A stretch of 64,000 nucleotides of DNA from a virus: positions 20,376 to 84,375 of IMG/VR virus record IMGVR_UViG_3300043446_005369; one strand, 5' to 3'. The position numbers were made by a program, and so were the translations under genes. Shown piece by piece: positions 60,022-64,000 of the stretch (positions are counted from its first letter, which is position 1; the number at the start of each line of letters is the position of its first letter). The notes beneath the pieces were generated by a model. The model saw only the letters and a program-made list of their open reading frames with translations. It was not told the origin of the DNA and made no database searches.

Positions 60022-61950
60022 TTATGACCTCTTTAAATCTCCATTTGAATAACTTGAACGATACGAACTCTGAGTGAATATTACGCCAGAGGTATCATCC
60101 CCAGATGCAATTGTATCTTTAACCATATTTATTTTACTTTTCGATACATCAAAAGAAATATAAAGATCTTTTAATCCGACAACATCGTTTGATTCTGGAT
60201 ATGCTTGAATTTCAATAATATCATTGCTCATTTCGGTAGATGTAATTTCAATAGTTGAAATACGAATTTCTCCGGTTAAGTAATTTACTGTACCTGCAGA
60301 TTGAATTACGATGTATGGAGTAGATTCTGATTTATTTGGAACAGAAGTTGTGGGTTTTACAATTGAAATCACTCCACTTTTCCCATCTGCATTTGGAGTA
60401 TCTGTGAAATACACCATATCAGTTTCAATTTCTGGTCTCAATTTAAATCCAGTAGACTTAATATTGTATCCAATATTACTATAACGCTCGTTTACATGAA
60501 AACGATTACCAAAACAAATTTCATACTGAGCAGATTGATTTAAGAGAGCCTTAAGATCCCTTCGAATACGAACTTTAGTGATATTTGAAGTAATTGCAGT
60601 ATCAGTATTATCGATGACTTGTAAAAGTTTACTATATTTAAATCTTCCACCAAATTTATTTAAATCTAAAGATTCTGAATATTGATATAAAGATTGAGTT
60701 ACTGAAGTTTGTAAATCCGAGATACTTCCGATTTGATTATAATTATAATAGATATAAGACTCAATTTCAACGTATAGAATTTTTAGATCTATAATTTTAG
60801 CATTAATTCCAGATACACTGTATTGTCTTAATTTTGAAATGATTTGATCTTTATCAAAATCAGATATAAAGGTTCCATTTTTGGGTTTAATACTAATTAA
60901 AACCGTTCCAAATTGAGGTGGATTTAATTCTTCGCCACCAACAACAGAAATTGATTCCGCATTCTTATAAATTTTAGATTTGATAATAGTTTCATAATCA
61001 TTTGCAGTTACTGCTCGATATTGTGAAGAATAGAGTCGAGGAGCATAATAGCGAATCGAATCAATACTTTCAATTTCGGAACCATTTTGTGATTTTTGAT
61101 TTACAATAATATTGACAGTATTTTTCGGTACAGCAATCTCATCGTTTGCCTTTCTTAAAGATCCAGCGAAAGAAAACGAACTTACGTCATTTCCAGATCT
61201 TCCATTTGTTACAATATAATTTACGGTAATAATAGAATTATTTTCTAATTTTTTTCCAAAAATTCCATCTCCAAAAATAATTTCATATTTTTCATCTTGA
61301 ACCTCTTGAAGTAAAAAGATCTGAGATGTCGAGTCAATTTGAAAAATATTATCTACAAGATTATAAACCGCACCCAAGCCACTTTCACTTGGCCCCTTTA
61401 CATAAACACGTATGGTGGAAATATCAATAAATGAATTGTCTAAAATAAATTTTTGATCCAGAGAACCATCAACAGTAAATCTTTTAGTTAAAAATGTTCC
61501 TTCTTTTACTTCGATATTCTCGAATTTTGCAATTCCTTGATTGACCGAAACTGTAATACTCTCCGGAATTGAAAAAATGTAGGTAGAATCATTTGAGGAC
61601 CCAGTGCAGACTAAACCAGATTGAAGAGTTAACGTGGGAGTGTCTGTGGTACTGATTTCAAATGAAATATTTGCGCTTGATGCATTTCTTGAATACGGAA
61701 TATAACCGATATTTCTTGCAAGAGATACTACATTCTGTCTCACTACAGCAGAATCCAAGAAGGATTCATTTACCGCTAAATTGGTGTTAAATGCGGTAAT
61801 ATAAGTGTTATATGCAAGAGTGTCGATCAGAATCGAAAAATTAGATCCTTCAAAATCAAAATCCGTAAATGTTGAGTTTGCTCGAAGATAATCTTTAATC
61901 GAGGTACGAATTTGATCGAAATCTAAATTAGTAAATTTGGTGAAAGGCAT
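60022..61950 (-). CDS. gp6: baseplate wedge subunit gp6
   Basis: LDFDQIR, FTDFDFEGS, LAYNT and QYRAVTANDY motifs. Confidence 0.95.
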   Translation of the reverse strand: MPFTKFTNLDFDQIRTSIKDYLRANSTFTDFDFEGSNFSILIDTLAYNTYITAFNTNLAVNESFLDSAVVRQNVVSLARNIGYIPYSRNASSANISFEISTTDTPTLTLQSGLVCTGSSNDSTYIFSIPESITVSVNQGIAKFENIEVKEGTFLTKRFTVDGSLDQKFILDNSFIDISTIRVYVKGPSESGLGAVYNLVDNIFQIDSTSQIFLLQEVQDEKYEIIFGDGIFGKKLENNSIITVNYIVTNGRSGNDVSSFSFAGSLRKANDEIAVPKNTVNIIVNQKSQNGSEIESIDSIRYYAPRLYSSQYRAVTANDYETIIKSKIYKNAESISVVGGEELNPPQFGTVLISIKPKNGTFISDFDKDQIISKLRQYSVSGINAKIIDLKILYVEIESYIYYNYNQIGSISDLQTSVTQSLYQYSESLDLNKFGGRFKYSKLLQVIDNTDTAITSNITKVRIRRDLKALLNQSAQYEICFGNRFHVNERYSNIGYNIKSTGFKLRPEIETDMVYFTDTPNADGKSGVISIVKPTTSVPNKSESTPYIVIQSAGTVNYLTGEIRISTIEITSTEMSNDIIEIQAYPESNDVVGLKDLYISFDVSKSKINMVKDTIASGDDTSGVIFTQSSYRSSYSNGDLKRS

Positions 61951-61951
61951 T

Positions 61952-62353
61952 TTATCTAGTTGCCTCTAATATGAATGTAAACTGTTGTGTTGGAAATTCT
62001 TGACCAATAATATCAAACGTCACGGTCACTTCAAATTCATTTAAATCTGGAATCGGATCTACTTGAATAATTACATTTGTGACTCTAGGTTCGTAATTAT
62101 TAATCACTTGACGAATTTGATTTTCAATATTCGATGCAGTACCGAAATCTACAAATTCAAATAAGCTTCTACGAATCTGTGAACCGATTGTTGAATTAAA
62201 AAACCTTTCGGTATTAATCGTTTCAACTAAATTTCGTATGGATCTTATGATCGCATTTGCATCTTTTAAAATACCCACATCCTTTGTGATCGGATGTGGG
62301 TCAAAGGATAGACTAATATCTTTAAAGGATCTAGATATCCTTGTAATGGTCAT
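61952..62353 (-). CDS. gp25: baseplate wedge subunit gp25
   Basis: FKDISLSF..HP, SIRNLV...ERFF and YEPRV motifs. Confidence 0.93.
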   Translation of the reverse strand: MTITRISRSFKDISLSFDPHPITKDVGILKDANAIIRSIRNLVETINTERFFNSTIGSQIRRSLFEFVDFGTASNIENQIRQVINNYEPRVTNVIIQVDPIPDLNEFEVTVTFDIIGQEFPTQQFTFILEATR

Positions 62354-62385
62354 CTTAATTTGTCAAAAAGTTCTTTATTTATTTA

Positions 62386-62619
62386 TTATGATTTCCAAGC
62401 AGTTCCATATACTGGTTCTGTACCATAACTCCAGTCATCATAATCCTCATCATTTCGAATTTTTTCATGTAATTCAATTTGCTTACGAAAATCATGCTTT
62501 GGCGCAGAGTCGTGCATAATCTCTTGAATGACTCTTTTTGATTTGTCCGGTACATAATCAGTCACTAAATGTGTAGTTCCCCACATCTGATACATGTAAT
62601 CTTTGTCTCGATCGGTCAT
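62386..62619 (-). CDS. conserved cyanophage hypothetical protein
   Basis: ORF with AGGAG RBS and an upstream TAAATA promoter. Confidence 0.7.
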   Translation of the reverse strand: MTDRDKDYMYQMWGTTHLVTDYVPDKSKRVIQEIMHDSAPKHDFRKQIELHEKIRNDEDYDDWSYGTEPVYGTAWKS

Positions 62620-62685
62620 GATAGCTCCTGTTTTAGTGAATTAAAACAGAACTTTTATAAAGGAGGTTGCTATCTCCATAACTAT

Positions 62686-63027
62686 TTAACGATTTACCTC
62701 TCGAATTTGATAATTTAAAGAATTTAAGTATTTCAAAAGCTCAATCGCAATCATTTTTGGATTTCCTTCTCCACAAGTATAAACATCAATGGCAATACAT
62801 CCCTCTTCCGGCCAAGTATGACACGAAACATGACTTTCAGAAAGTGCAATCACAATCGTACAACCCTGAGGACTAAATTGATGAGCAAAAACATTCAAAA
62901 TCGTCATTTTTGCACGCTCAATACCATGTATCATGACATCTTCCAAAGCCCGCATATCGTTAATTTTGTCAAATTCGATGTCATACACCTCCAATAGTAG
63001 GTGCCTTCCCATTGAAAATCTATCCAA
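62686..63027 (-). CDS. speD: S-adenosylmethionine decarboxylase proenzyme family (pyruvoyl decarboxylase)
   Basis: GRHLL, FSPQG, LSESHVSCHTWPE (E|S self-cleavage site) and DVYTCG motifs. Start uncertain (TTG at 63027 or ATG at 63012). Confidence 0.9.
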   Translation of the reverse strand: MDRFSMGRHLLLEVYDIEFDKINDMRALEDVMIHGIERAKMTILNVFAHQFSPQGCTIVIALSESHVSCHTWPEEGCIAIDVYTCGEGNPKMIAIELLKYLNSLNYQIREVNR

Positions 63028-63049
63028 GGTGTTCTCATTCGCAAAAAAG

Positions 63050-63553
63050 CTATTTATTTCTGATTTTTTGAACGATTTCATAGTCACTTTCCAAAATTTG
63101 TTTTAAATAAGTCTCATTCCAAGAGTCATAATAAGAAGTTTTCGCCAAAATACAGCGCATTTTTGTTAAAAATTCACTATTTTGATATAAAATTAAGTTA
63201 TATTTACCATTATTTGTTTGCACCGGCCCGATATGACTCGGTTTATCTCTAAAATCATCAAAAAACTTGTATTTTGAGTATTTTTGATTTAATTCTTGTA
63301 TTTTAAATCGAGCTAATTCTAGGTTTACATCATCTTCAATCAAAAAAATCACGACACCAAACTCTTCTGAAAGAGGCTGAATGTCGTGAATTGATGAAGA
63401 AATGATTTTATAGGTGTGATGTTTTGCAAATGGACAGATCGAAAAGCCCTTTAAATCTACGTTAGATTGAGAAATTCGTTCTATCCATTGTTTTAAATCA
63501 CTTACCTTGTCCTCGATACTTTTTGCGGGCTTTATTGGCGGATGTTGCTGCAT
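63050..63553 (-). CDS. hypothetical protein (CPFA motif, DUF1415-like)
   Basis: GFSICPFAK motif. Start uncertain because it overlaps the upstream ORF. Confidence 0.55.
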   Translation of the reverse strand: MQQHPPIKPAKSIEDKVSDLKQWIERISQSNVDLKGFSICPFAKHHTYKIISSSIHDIQPLSEEFGVVIFLIEDDVNLELARFKIQELNQKYSKYKFFDDFRDKPSHIGPVQTNNGKYNLILYQNSEFLTKMRCILAKTSYYDSWNETYLKQILESDYEIVQKIRNK

Positions 63554-63644
63554 ATTTGGTTCCTCCACCGTCTCCTTGTAGAGTTTTCTTTGGTGGTCCG
63601 GGATTGTAGGATGTTTTTGTGAAGCTTTTAGTTTGTTTTGCCAT
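63498..63644 (-). CDS. 48-aa basic conserved cyanophage protein
   Basis: Manual translation: MAKQTKSFTKTSYNPGPPKKTLQGDGGGTKYAATSANKARKKYRGQGK*; GGAG RBS. Confidence 0.75.
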   Translation of the reverse strand: MAKQTKSFTKTSYNPGPPKKTLQGDGGGTKYAATSANKARKKYRGQGK

Positions 63645-63647
63645 AAT

Positions 63648-63800
63648 TTAATTCTCCGTTGTTTCAGTGTGTAAGTCTTCAGGTTTAGGAGATCCAGTCT
63701 TATAAAACTGGTCCGCCAGGTCTTGCATTTTATCAGACCATTCCTCTTCCGTCAAGTCCTCATGTAGAATCTCTTCTTTATCACGAATGACGTATTTCAT
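63648..63800 (-). CDS. 50-aa acidic hypothetical protein
   Basis: Manual translation: MKYVIRDKEEILHEDLTEEEWSDKMQDLADQFYKTGSPKPEDLHTETTEN*. Confidence 0.7.
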   Translation of the reverse strand: MKYVIRDKEEILHEDLTEEEWSDKMQDLADQFYKTGSPKPEDLHTETTEN

Positions 63801-63802
63801 AA

Positions 63803-64000
63803 TCAAATGACTCTTGTTTTTTCATGACCCACACGAATTCGAGGATCACACCAAATTTCAAATCCAGCTTCTTTTGCATCTAAGCAGAATGAAACATCTT
63901 CACCACACATATCCTGAACCGCCCCCGATTCAAAAACCTGCATTTTTGGTGCAAACCAAGGATATTTGATTTCTGAATGTTCAAAAACTCCTTTTTTAAT
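63803..64000 (-). CDS. GT2-like glycosyltransferase, C-terminal part
   Basis: IKKGVFE..YPWF...GEDVSFC...GFEIWCDPRIRVGHEK*. Confidence 0.8.
   Translation of the reverse strand: MKKGVFEHSEIKYPWFAPKMQVFESGAVQDMCGEDVSFCLDAKEAGFEIWCDPRIRVGHEKTRVI

Noticed and set aside
1491-62519. Plus-strand ORFs and nested alternative-frame ORFs in the track (e.g. 3142..3564, 6602..6946, 26741..27103, 45007..45339, 2181..2546)
   Set aside because: They lie within well-recognised minus-strand genes, lack recognisable motifs, and look like shadow frames.
1-64000. tRNA genes, group I introns, alternative genetic code
   Set aside because: The intergenic gaps are too short and show no cloverleaf; core genes are continuous ORFs under the standard code.

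Overview
A 64-kb piece of an AT-rich T4-like (Kyanoviridae-type) cyanomyophage genome, with essentially all genes on the minus strand. Read in the direction of transcription (from the right end), it encodes a GT2-like glycosyltransferase fragment, small conserved ORFs, speD, baseplate genes (gp25, gp6, gp7, gp8, and a 2418-aa VrlC/DUF4815-like protein), neck and tail genes (gp13-15, gp18, gp19, gp3), packaging and head genes (gp16, gp17, gp20-23), uvsY and uvsW, late sigma factor gp55, gp47/46, a MoxR(CobS)-VWA pair, gp45/44/62, regA and hsp20. Main points of interest: (1) three homing-endonuclease inteins, all in late-phase genes: the gp55 sigma factor, the gp20 portal, and a class-3 intein in the gp17 Walker A motif; (2) a dispersed family of late-promoter-driven candidate capsid cargo proteins, carrying either T4-like capsid-targeting sequences (MK[ST]FxxFx(x)E) or acidic caps around basic low-complexity cores, with candidate gp21 cleavage sites; (3) a 57-aa NblA-like ORF missed by the ORF track; (4) several regulatory elements: a bidirectional promoter at gp55, paired palindrome-hairpin-(-10) cassettes, and candidate structured RNAs. 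No tRNA, rRNA or CRISPR array was seen. All family assignments come from motif recognition and gene order, not from database searches.
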